64,000 nt of DNA from the NCBI GenBank assembly GCA_049967415.1, contig JBMFSS010000002.1, forward strand, positions 87,717 to 151,716, read 5' to 3'. The stretch comes from Candidatus Limnocylindrales bacterium. Lineage in GTDB: Bacteria > Chloroflexota > Limnocylindria > Limnocylindrales > CSP1-4. The notes below the pieces were generated by a model, which saw only the letters and a list, made by a program, of their open reading frames with translations, was not told where the DNA came from and searched no databases. Positions 10,455 to 18,891 of this stretch are shown one piece after another. Position numbers and translations under genes: made by a program. The first letter of the stretch is position 1. Every line of letters begins with the position of its first letter.

Positions 10455-10858
10455 GATTGAGCGGCCTCGACGCCGACGGCGGCGCTGACCCCGCCTCCCG
10501 CGACTCCAGGGGATCGGCCGATTGGCCCGCCACCGATCAGGCTCGGAAGCGGCTCCCCGCGGCGCGCGGCCCGCCGCTCGAGCGCCTGTCGATAGCCGCC
10601 CATGCCATGGTGCAGCCACCCGGCAATCCGGGTCACCGTGGCGGTGCTTGCACCCGAGCGCCGCGCTACCTCACCGTAGTGGAGCCCCTCTGCGAGCAAC
10701 CGGACTACCTGCCAGCGCTGCGCCAAATCGTGCAACTCTCCCAGCGTGCACAGATCGCGGAGGAAGCGCGCAGCCTCGTCCCGATCACGCAAATCCACGA
10801 TCGCATCGAGGAGTTCGTCGGTCTCTTGCGTCTGCCACGTCTCGCGCGCTTCGATCAC
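10451..10858 (-). CDS. TrpR-like YerC/YecD-family putative DNA-binding protein, translationally coupled upstream of hisG
   Basis: The core ...ETDELLDAIVDLRDRDEAARFLRDLCTLGELHDLAQRWQVVRLLAEGLHYGEVARRSGASTATVTRIAGWLHHGMGGYRQA matches the YerC/YecD (TrpR-related) family signature (TLxELxxxAQRxxVxxLLxxGxxYxExxxxTGxSTATIxR). The probable GTG start (VIEARETW...) is preceded by GGGAGAC. The stop overlaps the hisG ATG. The start coordinate is uncertain by a few nt. Confidence 0.7.
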   Translation of the reverse strand: MIEARETWQTQETDELLDAIVDLRDRDEAARFLRDLCTLGELHDLAQRWQVVRLLAEGLHYGEVARRSGASTATVTRIAGWLHHGMGGYRQALERRAARRGEPLPSLIGGGPIGRSPGVAGGGVSAAVGVEAAQS

Positions 10859-10924
10859 GCTGTCTCCCGTTCTTTTGCGCGGTCTCCTATGGGCCAGCCG
10901 ACGCCGCGGCTGAGCGGCGACCCG

Positions 10925-10962
10925 TCCTACGATGCTGCTATAGTAGCATAGTAACATGCTAG
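10925..10962. promoter_or_regulatory. AT-rich dyad-symmetric element in the divergent yerC-like/hisG - hisA promoter region (candidate operator)
   Basis: The sequence gctgcTATAGTAGCATAGTAACATGCTAG contains overlapping inverted repeats TGCTA-N3-TAGCA and TAGCAT-N6-ATGCTA with a CTAG core. It is the only AT-rich patch in about 1 kb of ~70% GC DNA, and it lies between divergent genes. Confidence 0.45.
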
Positions 10963-11759
10963 ATGAAGCAGATGACAGGATCCGGGGGACGTTCCCATCC
11001 AACACGGCTAGGCCACCGTTTCTCCTGATCCCGGCCATCGACTTGCTCGGGGGGCAGGTCGTTCGGCTCAGACATGGTGATCGCAGTCAAGTCACCGTCT
11101 ACCCCGTGGCGCCGTCTGAAGCGGTGTGGCAGTGGGCTGCGGCGGGCGCCGACCTGGTCCACGCGGTGGATCTCGACGGGGCCTTTGCCGGACGGGTCCA
11201 CCAGTGGATGGCGCTGCAGAGCGTCGCGGCAACTGCCTTGGCGGCCGGGATCGAGTGCGAGGTCGCCGGGGGGGTCCGCGATGAAGCGACGGCCGCGCGC
11301 CTTCTTGCGATGGGCGCGGCCCGGGTGGTGCTCGGAACTGCCATGTTGCTCGATCCGGCCCTGGCGCGACGTCTGGTCGAGCGGCATGGCAGCGCGCGGA
11401 TCGTTGCGGCGCTTGATGTTCGCGCTGGGATCGCCGTCGGCCAAGGATGGGCCGACGGCGCCCCGGGCCGGGAAGTGGATCTCGCCCTGGCCACGCTCGT
11501 CAGCGCCGGAGTGACCCAGGTCGAGGTGACCGCTATCGCGCGTGACGGCACCCTGAGCGGGCCTGACCTTGCGCTCCTCAGGCGAGTGCGGCAGGCGGCC
11601 CCGGACGTTACGCTGATCGCCTCGGGAGGCATCCGACAACCCGAGGAGATCAGCGCCCTCCGTGACCTGGGTTGCAACGGGGCCATCCTGGGACGGGCCC
11701 TGTATGAGGGAGCACTGGGCCTTGCTGACGCGCGCGCGGCGCTGGCCGGAACCTCGTAG
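10956..11759 (+). CDS. hisA: 1-(5-phosphoribosyl)-5-[(5-phosphoribosylamino)methylideneamino]imidazole-4-carboxamide isomerase
   Basis: LLIPAIDLLGGQVVRL...DLDGAF...IASGGI motifs of HisA. It is transcribed divergently from the rest of the his operon. The true start may be downstream of the first ATG, because the N-terminal ~20 aa are atypical. Confidence 0.88.
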   Translation: MLDEADDRIRGTFPSNTARPPFLLIPAIDLLGGQVVRLRHGDRSQVTVYPVAPSEAVWQWAAAGADLVHAVDLDGAFAGRVHQWMALQSVAATALAAGIECEVAGGVRDEATAARLLAMGAARVVLGTAMLLDPALARRLVERHGSARIVAALDVRAGIAVGQGWADGAPGREVDLALATLVSAGVTQVEVTAIARDGTLSGPDLALLRRVRQAAPDVTLIASGGIRQPEEISALRDLGCNGAILGRALYEGALGLADARAALAGTS

Positions 11760-11802
11760 CGAATCAAGCAGCCGGCCCGGGCTGCCGCCGGCTCGGTCCC
11801 CG

Positions 11803-13149
11803 TCACTCGCTCGAAATGCGCTGGCGCCGCAGCAGATCCGAAGGCCGTGGTCGCGCTCGAACCAGGGTGGCCTTGCCCGCGCTGACCGCGACCTCGGCCG
11901 GCCCGGTGTGTGAGAGGAACCAGGGCATCGATTGGGTGAAACCGTAGGCCCCGGCGTCGAGGAACGCGACAAGGTCCCCCGGCTGGGGGCGGGGGAACGC
12001 CCGTGCCTGCCCGAGAATGTCGAGCGCGGTGCAGAGTGGTCCGGTCATGAGGACCGCCACGGGCTCCCGAGCAGCCGCACCGTCGTGCGCGACCAGTTGC
12101 ATCCGGTGCATCCGGCCAGGGAGCGCAGGCGCCAGGAAATGGTTGATGCCGCCGTCGAGGATCGTGATGCAGCGCCCCTCGCGGTCCTTCACGTCCACAA
12201 CCCGAGCGAGATACGCGCCGATAGGGCCGCCCAAGTACCGACCGGGCTCAATCAGGATCCGCAGCTCCTGCGCTGCCGGGTCCCCCGCTGCACCGTGCAG
12301 GACGTCCCGCAGGCCACCGGCGAAGGAGCCCAGGTCGAGCGGCGCCTCGCCTTCCCGGTACGGGATCCCGAGCCCGCCGCCGACGTCGGCGAGCTGGAGC
12401 CGAAAGCCGGCTGCCGCGGCCAGCCGCCGCCCAGCCGCCACCGACCAAGCCGCATGGGCCGCCAGACGCACTGGGTCTCGAACCGCTCCCACCGCGAACA
12501 CGTGAACACCGAGCGGGACGAGCGCTGGCGACCGGACGGCATGCCGTGCTGCGGCCACGGCATCGTCCCAGGTCATCCCGAAATGCTCTGTCGGCCCCTG
12601 GTGATCTGGGCCGCCGGCGTCCGGGGGAGCGGCCAGGCGAAAGAGGAGTCCCACCGGCTGTTGCCCCGAGGACGCAGTGCGCTCGACCCGCCGGACCTCG
12701 CCAGGCGAATCAACGGCGATCGCACGCACCCCGGCCCGCACGGCCTGCCGGAGCAGCGCCTGGCTCTTGCCAGGCCCGGTGACGACGATCGCTCCGGGGG
12801 GTACCCCAGCGCGCAGCGCTGCGGCGAGCTCGCCTGCCGACGACACGTCCGCACCGACGCCGGTCCGTGCGAGCCGGGCAATGACGGCAAGCGACGGGTT
12901 CGCCTTGACCGCGTAGGCGATCTCCACCCGGTCCGGCAGAGCGGCGCGCAGGGCGCCGGCCCGGCGCTCGAGAGCGTCGAGGTCGTAGACGTAGAGTGGC
13001 GTCCCGAATTGCCGGGCAAGCGAGCGCGGGTCGAGGCCCGCCAAGCGACCGGCGCGCCAAATCTCGTCCTCCTCCTCCGCCGGTCCCCGGTCGCCCTCAA
13101 CGCGCCCTGCGGCGAGAGCAGCGGCGGCCGGCGCCGACCGGGGCGTCAC
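11803..13149 (-). CDS. lysA: Diaminopimelate decarboxylase
   Basis: 448 aa fold-III PLP decarboxylase: FGTPLYVYDLDALERRA...YAVKANP...GGGLGIPY...EPGRYL. Confidence 0.88.
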   Translation of the reverse strand: MTPRSAPAAAALAAGRVEGDRGPAEEEDEIWRAGRLAGLDPRSLARQFGTPLYVYDLDALERRAGALRAALPDRVEIAYAVKANPSLAVIARLARTGVGADVSSAGELAAALRAGVPPGAIVVTGPGKSQALLRQAVRAGVRAIAVDSPGEVRRVERTASSGQQPVGLLFRLAAPPDAGGPDHQGPTEHFGMTWDDAVAAARHAVRSPALVPLGVHVFAVGAVRDPVRLAAHAAWSVAAGRRLAAAAGFRLQLADVGGGLGIPYREGEAPLDLGSFAGGLRDVLHGAAGDPAAQELRILIEPGRYLGGPIGAYLARVVDVKDREGRCITILDGGINHFLAPALPGRMHRMQLVAHDGAAAREPVAVLMTGPLCTALDILGQARAFPRPQPGDLVAFLDAGAYGFTQSMPWFLSHTGPAEVAVSAGKATLVRARPRPSDLLRRQRISSE

Positions 13150-14000
13150 CGGAGCGCCTCCTCGATCGCCGTACGCGCGGTCGTGGACGCGTCTCGCTGC
13201 TTGACGATGGCCGCGCAGTGGAGGCCGATCCCGTGCTCCGCCGCGAACGCGCCAGCTGCGGGACGGATGGCCGGCACCACTACCGCACCCCGGGGGACCG
13301 TCAGCGGGTTCGCCGGGGTCCCCTGCAGGAGGCGGCTCTGTGGCAGGTCATACAGCCGGCTGGTCCCGGTGAGAATCGTCCCCGCCGCCAGCACTGCCCC
13401 TCGGCCGACAAGGACGCCGTCGAAGAGCCCGCACTGCGCCCCGACAAAGACGTCGTCCTCGATGATCACGGGGCGCGCGTTGGGCGGCTCGAGGACCCCG
13501 CCGATCTGTACCCCTGCCGCGAGGTGCACCCGTGCACCGACCTGCGCGCAGGACCCTACCAGGACGTGCGAGTCGACCATGGCTCCCTCCCCGATCCAGG
13601 CGCCCACGTTGATGAAGGAGGGCGGCATAACCACGACCCCAGGCCCGAGGTAGGAACCGGCGCGCACGCTTGTCCCTCCCGGCACGATCCGCCAAGGGCC
13701 GCCCGCGAGCCGTTTGGTTGGCAGACGCGTTCGGTCCTGGAACTCCAGCAAGCCCCCGAGGCGCCATCCGGTGGTTGCCGAGTCCCGGAAAAGCGTCAGC
13801 AACTCCTCGCGCAGCGCGACGTCGACCCGCCAACCACCGGGAGCTGCCGGGTCCGGCCATGCTGCGCGGCGGCGGCCCGCGTCGAGGTCATCGAGAAGCT
13901 GCTGCCCAGCACCGGCGTGCGGCGCCGGCAGTGCGGGACCCCTTGCAGCGGGCCGCACCGCCGCCGACGCCAAGCGGTGCCGAGGCGCCCGGCCAGTCAC
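13146..14000 (-). CDS. dapD: 2,3,4,5-tetrahydropyridine-2,6-dicarboxylate N-acyl(succinyl)transferase
   Basis: Left-handed beta-helix hexapeptide repeats (GPGVVVMPPSFINVGAWIGEGAMVDSHVLVGSCAQVGARVHLAAGVQIGG) and a WRIVPGGTSVR motif typical of actinobacterial-type DapD. It lies in a dap/lys operon with 4-nt overlaps. Confidence 0.78.
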   Translation of the reverse strand: MTGRAPRHRLASAAVRPAARGPALPAPHAGAGQQLLDDLDAGRRRAAWPDPAAPGGWRVDVALREELLTLFRDSATTGWRLGGLLEFQDRTRLPTKRLAGGPWRIVPGGTSVRAGSYLGPGVVVMPPSFINVGAWIGEGAMVDSHVLVGSCAQVGARVHLAAGVQIGGVLEPPNARPVIIEDDVFVGAQCGLFDGVLVGRGAVLAAGTILTGTSRLYDLPQSRLLQGTPANPLTVPRGAVVVPAIRPAAGAFAAEHGIGLHCAAIVKQRDASTTARTAIEEALR

Positions 14001-14989
14001 GCGACCCCTCCGCCCGCCCCGGCCCCGGCAACGCCGGGACTAGCCGGCTCGATCAGGCCGCCCTCCTGCAGCAGCACCCCCAGGCGGCCCCGAGCGGGCT
14101 CCTCCAGAGGGAGCAACGGGAGCCGCAGACGATCCTCGATCCAGCCCATCTGCGCCAGTGCTGACTTGACCGGGACGGGGTTCGGACCGCCCCGAAAGTT
14201 GGCCCGGAAGAGCGGCAGCCACCGGTCGTGCAGCTGGCGTGCTCGTGCCCAATCCCCGGCCCGCGCAGCGGCACACAGCGCGGCCATCTCGGCCGGGATC
14301 TCGTTGGATGCCACGCTGATCACGCCGTCGCCACCCATCGCCAGGACCGCCAGGGTCCAGGCGTCGTCGCCCGCCATCACCGCAAAGCCCGCCGGTCGGT
14401 CGCGGATGATGGTCGCGATCTGCTCCAGATTCCCCGACGCCTCCTTGACGGCCACGATCCGGGGGTGCTCGGCCAGCCGCAGGGTGGTCTCGGCTTCGAC
14501 GTTCGAACCGGTGCGTGATGGCACGTTGTAGATGACGATCGGGAGGCCGCCTTCGTCCGCGACGGCCGTGAAGTGCGCGGCGAGCATCCGCTGGTCGGGC
14601 CGGTTGTAGTAAGGGGCCACTATCAGGGCTGCATCGGCCCCCAACTCGGCCGCGCGGCGCGTGGCGCGGATGGTGGCCGCCGTGTCGTTGGTCCCGGTCC
14701 CCGCGATCACGGTTGCGTGGCGGTGCGCGCCTTCCACCGCGGCAGTGATCACGCGCTCGCGTTCGGCGGGCGCCAGGGTGGGTGATTCGCCCGTGGTGCC
14801 ACAGGGAACCAGGCCGTCGATCCCGAGGCGGACTTGCCACTCGATCAGGCGGCGCAGCGCCGACTCGGCGAGGCGCCCTTCAGCATCGAACGGCGTGACG
14901 AGGGCCGTGAACGCGCCGGCGATCCGCGGCCTCGGGCGGGGCGCGGTCGGCTGATCGGGGGTGTTCGTCGCGTGTTGCAGCGTGGACAT
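13997..14989 (-). CDS. dapA: 4-hydroxy-tetrahydrodipicolinate synthase
   Basis: TALVTPF...GLVPCGTTGESPTL...YNRP...AVKEASG (Schiff-base Lys) motifs of DapA. Confidence 0.9.
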   Translation of the reverse strand: MSTLQHATNTPDQPTAPRPRPRIAGAFTALVTPFDAEGRLAESALRRLIEWQVRLGIDGLVPCGTTGESPTLAPAERERVITAAVEGAHRHATVIAGTGTNDTAATIRATRRAAELGADAALIVAPYYNRPDQRMLAAHFTAVADEGGLPIVIYNVPSRTGSNVEAETTLRLAEHPRIVAVKEASGNLEQIATIIRDRPAGFAVMAGDDAWTLAVLAMGGDGVISVASNEIPAEMAALCAAARAGDWARARQLHDRWLPLFRANFRGGPNPVPVKSALAQMGWIEDRLRLPLLPLEEPARGRLGVLLQEGGLIEPASPGVAGAGAGGGVA

Positions 14990-15046
14990 CGGGTTGCTCC
15001 TCTTGTGCTTGCGTCGGCGTGGATGGGTGTCTGCTCCCAGTCGCCC

Positions 15047-15862
15047 TCAGGGCAGGGCAGGAGCAGCGGTTGCCACGGCGCGGTTGGCGGTGCTGGCCAA
15101 CGGCGCCGTCAGGCGGGCTGCGGCGATCAGCTCGTCAACTACCTCGTCGAACGAATGGATCCCCGCCGCTCGCGGGGCCGCGAGCAGCCATTCGGCGGCC
15201 GCGATCGCCCCCGCCGCGTAGGCCGATCGGTCGCGCGCGGTCAATCGCAGCTCGAACGTCTCGCCCGGCGCGTCGAACCCAACCAGGTGCATCCCGGGAG
15301 CCCACCCCGCGCGCACAGCGACCACTTCGAGCTCGTCGGTTCCCGGCGGGCCACCCCGCCCGGGCTCGGCCCGGCGACGCTTGACGGGATGCGCGGCAAG
15401 GATCCGGCGTGCGAGCTCGAGTGCCGTCCCAGAGGGCCGATCGGCTTTCCCCCTCCGGTGCCATTCGACGACGTAGGGGTCGTAGTCGGGAAGAAACCCG
15501 AGCATTTGCGTGGCGCCCTCAGCGAGGCGAGCCAGGACGTTGATGCCGGGGCTGAAGTTGCTGGCCGCCACCGCGCTGGCGCCATGCTGGTCGAGCAGGG
15601 CGGTCAACTCGGAGGGGGTGACCGTCCAGGCGGTGGTGCCAATGACGAAGCGCCGGCATCCGCCCGCCAGGGCCGAGGCGACGTTGGGCAGGACCGCGGC
15701 ACCACGGGAGAACTCAAAAGCCACCTCGACCGTGGCGAAGGCGCCGGGTGGATGCGAAGTCCGCGGCCGTCCAAGGACGCCGCATACCTCGGCCCCGCGC
15801 CCAGCGAGGGCATCCGCCACGGCCCTGCCCATCGGCCCATCCCCCAGTACGATCGCGCGCAT
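15047..15862 (-). CDS. dapB: 4-hydroxy-tetrahydrodipicolinate reductase
   Basis: The start MRAIVLGDGPMGRAV (Rossmann GxxGxxG) is preceded by GAGGAGGA. EWHRRGKADRPSGTA is the DapB signature (E.HH..K.D.PSGTA). Confidence 0.88.
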   Translation of the reverse strand: MRAIVLGDGPMGRAVADALAGRGAEVCGVLGRPRTSHPPGAFATVEVAFEFSRGAAVLPNVASALAGGCRRFVIGTTAWTVTPSELTALLDQHGASAVAASNFSPGINVLARLAEGATQMLGFLPDYDPYVVEWHRRGKADRPSGTALELARRILAAHPVKRRRAEPGRGGPPGTDELEVVAVRAGWAPGMHLVGFDAPGETFELRLTARDRSAYAAGAIAAAEWLLAAPRAAGIHSFDEVVDELIAAARLTAPLASTANRAVATAAPALP

Positions 15863-15919
15863 TTCGCCGTCCTCCTCGCGGAGGGGCCTGGAGCGGAGGT
15901 CCGATGGTCCGGACACACG

Positions 15920-15952
15920 AAAAAACCGCGGACCAAGCGACTGGTTCCGCGG
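15920..15952 (-). terminator. Intrinsic-terminator-like hairpin plus U-tract in the dapB 5' leader (possible attenuator or expression platform)
   Basis: On the minus-strand transcript, CCGCGGAACCAgucgcuUGGUCCGCGG is followed by UUUUUU, about 55 nt upstream of the dapB ATG. Confidence 0.5.
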
Positions 15953-16529
15953 CCTTCCGGGACCTCCGTGCCTGGAGGCCCCGTTCGTCGTCTGACGCGA
16001 AGCCCCCTAGGCCCGTGCCTCCCGGCAGGGCCGCCAGAGCTTCGCCTTCAGTCCGACGGTGTACATGACAATCGAACTATACGTTGGCTTGGGGACGGCC
16101 GTCAACGTCTGGCGTGGGATGTGTGAACGGCCAGCGATTCTGCGGCTGCTCCAGGCTGCGGCGGCGGCCCGGGCGTCAGGGAGGCCACCAGCCAGTGCAT
16201 GTGCAGCCCGCCCACCCGGTGCAACCGTACTCGCCACGATCGCTTCAGGTGCGCGAGACAGGCGGCATCCTCGGGCGAGCGCGCTGGTGTGTATAGAAAA
16301 AGGGCAGGAAAGGCAGCACGGTCGCTCCTTGCAGCGGTAGCGGCCAACCTCGTCGCCGACTACGTGCCCGGCGTCGAGGACCGCCGGCCGGCGTGGCCGC
16401 TCGGCCCGTTCCCCAAGTCGGCACGGCGAACAAACCCCCGCTGGCGAACGGCTACCGCAGGCGCGCCGCCTTCCGTTCAGGCCGTGCCGTGTGGGAGCGC
16501 ATCTCCGGCTGCAGCTCGATATCCCAGGG

Positions 16530-17771
16530 CTACGGAAGGTCGGGCTCGGGAGCGGAGTCACCCTGGAGCGCTGTCAGAATCGCCCCGTGCAGCCACCCGT
16601 TGGAAGCGACGATGGTCGCGGTGTCGAGCCGGCGGCGCCCGCCGAAATCAGTGAGCCGTCCACCCGCCTCTTCCACCAGCACCGAAGGTGCCGCCAGGTC
16701 CCAGGGATGGATCCCGACCTCGATCATTGCCTCGGCCGCCCCCTCGGCGAGGAGCGCGTAGCCCCAGAAGTCGCCGAAACCCCGATCCCGCCATACCCTC
16801 GCGACGAGATCCGCAAAGCCCGGCGCCCACCCGGTCCGCAGGACCTCAAATGGGGAGCCGTAGAGCAACTGCGCCTGACTGAGCGACCCGATCCTTGAGA
16901 CTCCCATCCGCGTGGCGGTGCCCGGGCCGTTCCGCTGCCAACGAAAGGTCCACGCCCCGCCACCCCGCCACGCGAACCAGCGCTGGTGCAGCGCAGGCGC
17001 CGAGAGGACCCCCACCTGCACCTCTCCATCTCGCTCGACGGCCAGGAGTGTCGCGAAGATCGGCACCCCGCGGACGTAGTTGTGCGTCCCGTCGATGGGG
17101 TCGATGTACCAGCGCGTGTCGGCCGTCCTAGCCTCCGACCCGTACTCCTCGCCGACCAGGCCGTGACCGGGATACATGTGCTGGATCTGCTCCCGGAGCA
17201 GTGCCTCGATCGCCCGATCGACCTGGGTGACCAGGGTGCGATCGGGCTTGGCGGTGATCTCGAGGTCGCGCTGGAAGTGGCTCAGGGCGATCGCATCCGC
17301 CTTGTCGCAGCCGCCCAAGGCGAATGAGAGCCAGTCTCGCAGCTCAGACTCGGTGCCGCGCCGCAGGGTGGCGCTCCACTCGGCTCCGCAGGCGGTCGCG
17401 TCGAAGGCCTCCACTCGGAAGGGGTTTGGGGCCCGCGCATCGTCGTCCATCCCTGTTACCAGCGCCCGCAGCAGGCCGCGCTCGAGCGTGTCATCGCGGA
17501 AAGCCACCGGGCCCTGCCAACCGCACACCACCCTCGCTCCCGCCTGCCTGACGGAAGAGAACAGCGCATCGGCCTTCGCGCATGCAGCGGCAATGGCCCT
17601 CCGGTCGGGCAACGCGGGGCATCCCGCGGTCAGCCACGGCCACTGCCTCGGCCACCTGGAGAGCGGCCGAGAGCGGCGTCCAGCACGGTCCCCATGTTGT
17701 GCGTCACCAGCCTCCGTACGCGAATCCCTGCCTGAATCGCTCCGGGCCGTTCCCGCGGATGTCGATGTCAA
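16530..17771 (-). CDS. hisN: Inositol-monophosphatase-family protein, likely histidinol-phosphate phosphatase (HisN-type), with an unassigned ~120-aa N-terminal extension
   Basis: IMPase motifs WYIDPIDGTHNY and HPWDLAAPSVLVEEAGG (WD.AAG) are present. Actinobacterial HisN belongs to this family. The first ~120 aa have no recognisable features and the true start is uncertain. Confidence 0.65.
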   Translation of the reverse strand: MTSTSAGTARSDSGRDSRTEAGDAQHGDRAGRRSRPLSRWPRQWPWLTAGCPALPDRRAIAAACAKADALFSSVRQAGARVVCGWQGPVAFRDDTLERGLLRALVTGMDDDARAPNPFRVEAFDATACGAEWSATLRRGTESELRDWLSFALGGCDKADAIALSHFQRDLEITAKPDRTLVTQVDRAIEALLREQIQHMYPGHGLVGEEYGSEARTADTRWYIDPIDGTHNYVRGVPIFATLLAVERDGEVQVGVLSAPALHQRWFAWRGGGAWTFRWQRNGPGTATRMGVSRIGSLSQAQLLYGSPFEVLRTGWAPGFADLVARVWRDRGFGDFWGYALLAEGAAEAMIEVGIHPWDLAAPSVLVEEAGGRLTDFGGRRRLDTATIVASNGWLHGAILTALQGDSAPEPDLP

Positions 17772-18168
17772 GCGGTCTGCAGAACAGCGACCTCGGCCCG
17801 CAGGGCAGGAAAAACCCAGTTCCTAATCTACCGCTTCGAACGCCGCACGAGGTTGGGCCTGGACAGACCCATGCAGCCCCCAGCGTAGGCGCACAAGTCT
17901 GCCTGGCTCTGCCGGTTCTATAGGATCTCTTCGACTCCACGCTACCCGCCGCGACTCGATCGCGCTCGCGATCCTCAAGCGTCACTACCGGCCTTCACTA
18001 CGGGCTGGACGGTCGCCCGCGGGCGCTGATCGCCCAGGGCCTGTCGCTGATCTGCCTCGCCGTCGGCGACGTCGACCGAGGGCGCGAGGCCGCGGGCGGT
18101 CGCTCGTGCCCCCGGCGCGCGTGGCTATCGGCCGGGTCCGGGCAGGCCTGGCTCGGCACGCCCGTCGG

Positions 18169-18795
18169 CTAACGACGCTCCAAGGCCAGGCTGGCACCGA
18201 TGGCGATGAGGACCAGGCCGGAGGTCTGTTCGAGCCGCCGGCGCAGGCCGGACTGCAGGAGGCGTGCCCGGGCGCGGTGGGCCAGCGCGGTGAGCCCCAC
18301 GTACCAAGCCGTATCCACCGCCACCCACAGCACCCCGAGGAGCAGGATGGTGGGCAGGACGGGCGCTCCGGCGGGGACGAACCCGGGTAGGAAGGCCAGG
18401 GCGAAGACGGCCGCCTTGGGGTTCGCCGCCTCGGTCACGAGCCCCAGCCGAAAGGCCCGCCAGCCGGCCGCCTTGCCCGGTGGCTCGCCGGACATCGTCG
18501 GCTCGGCGCGCCCGCGCAGCGACTGCACCCCCAGAGCGAGGAGGACCAAGGCGCCTCCGATCCGTAGCGCGGTGTAAACTGTCTCCGACGCGGCCAGCAG
18601 GGCGGAGAGCCCGCAGGCAGCGGCGATCGACCAGCCCAGGAGGCCCACCTGGCTGCCCGCGATGGTCAGTACGGTGGCCCGTCGGCCGGTGCGCAGCACC
18701 TGGCGCAGGAGGAGCGCGGTGGTCGGACCGGGCGCCATGGCGAGAAGAAACGAGGCGCCGAGAAAGGCGAGGAGGGTCGCGGCCATCCGGTGCAT
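18169..18795 (-). CDS. LysE/RhtB-family amino-acid exporter
   Basis: Starts MHRMAATLLAF (ATG 18795..18793). It is 208 aa with ~6 TM segments, and the ANPKAAVFALAFLPGF loop is typical of LysE/RhtB. The 5' 218 codons of the track ORF are spurious. Confidence 0.8.
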   Translation of the reverse strand: MHRMAATLLAFLGASFLLAMAPGPTTALLLRQVLRTGRRATVLTIAGSQVGLLGWSIAAACGLSALLAASETVYTALRIGGALVLLALGVQSLRGRAEPTMSGEPPGKAAGWRAFRLGLVTEAANPKAAVFALAFLPGFVPAGAPVLPTILLLGVLWVAVDTAWYVGLTALAHRARARLLQSGLRRRLEQTSGLVLIAIGASLALERR

Positions 18796-18891
18796 GATAC
18801 GAGGCCTGCTGGGTGGGCCCGAGCCCGATCGTCGGCAGACTAACGCGCCCGGCGGCGTGCCACGCTCCACGGGCGCCTGCCCAGTCGGGTA

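Noticed and set aside
15960-16150. Possible lysine (L-box) riboswitch upstream of dapB
   Set aside because: I could not find the conserved L-box core elements (AGAGGCGC P1, GGGGAGC..GCCGAAG, GUAAGGCUGUC, UGGAG.GCUAUC) in the minus-strand sense. Only the terminator-like hairpin is supportable, so it is reported as an unexplained leader rather than a riboswitch.
16500-16545. RNase P RNA P4-like motif (GGAAGGUCGGGCUCGG)
   Set aside because: It is only a partial match to AGGAAAGUCCGGGCUCC. An RNA starting here would run into the IMPase-family CDS, and no other RNase P elements were seen.
17772-18168. tRNA or small RNA gene in the 400-nt gap between the IMPase-family gene and the LysE exporter
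   Set aside because: No cloverleaf-compatible sequence (no GTTCGAATCC-type T-loop with a matching acceptor stem) was found by eye. The gap is probably a terminator plus promoter region. A tRNA scan would settle it.
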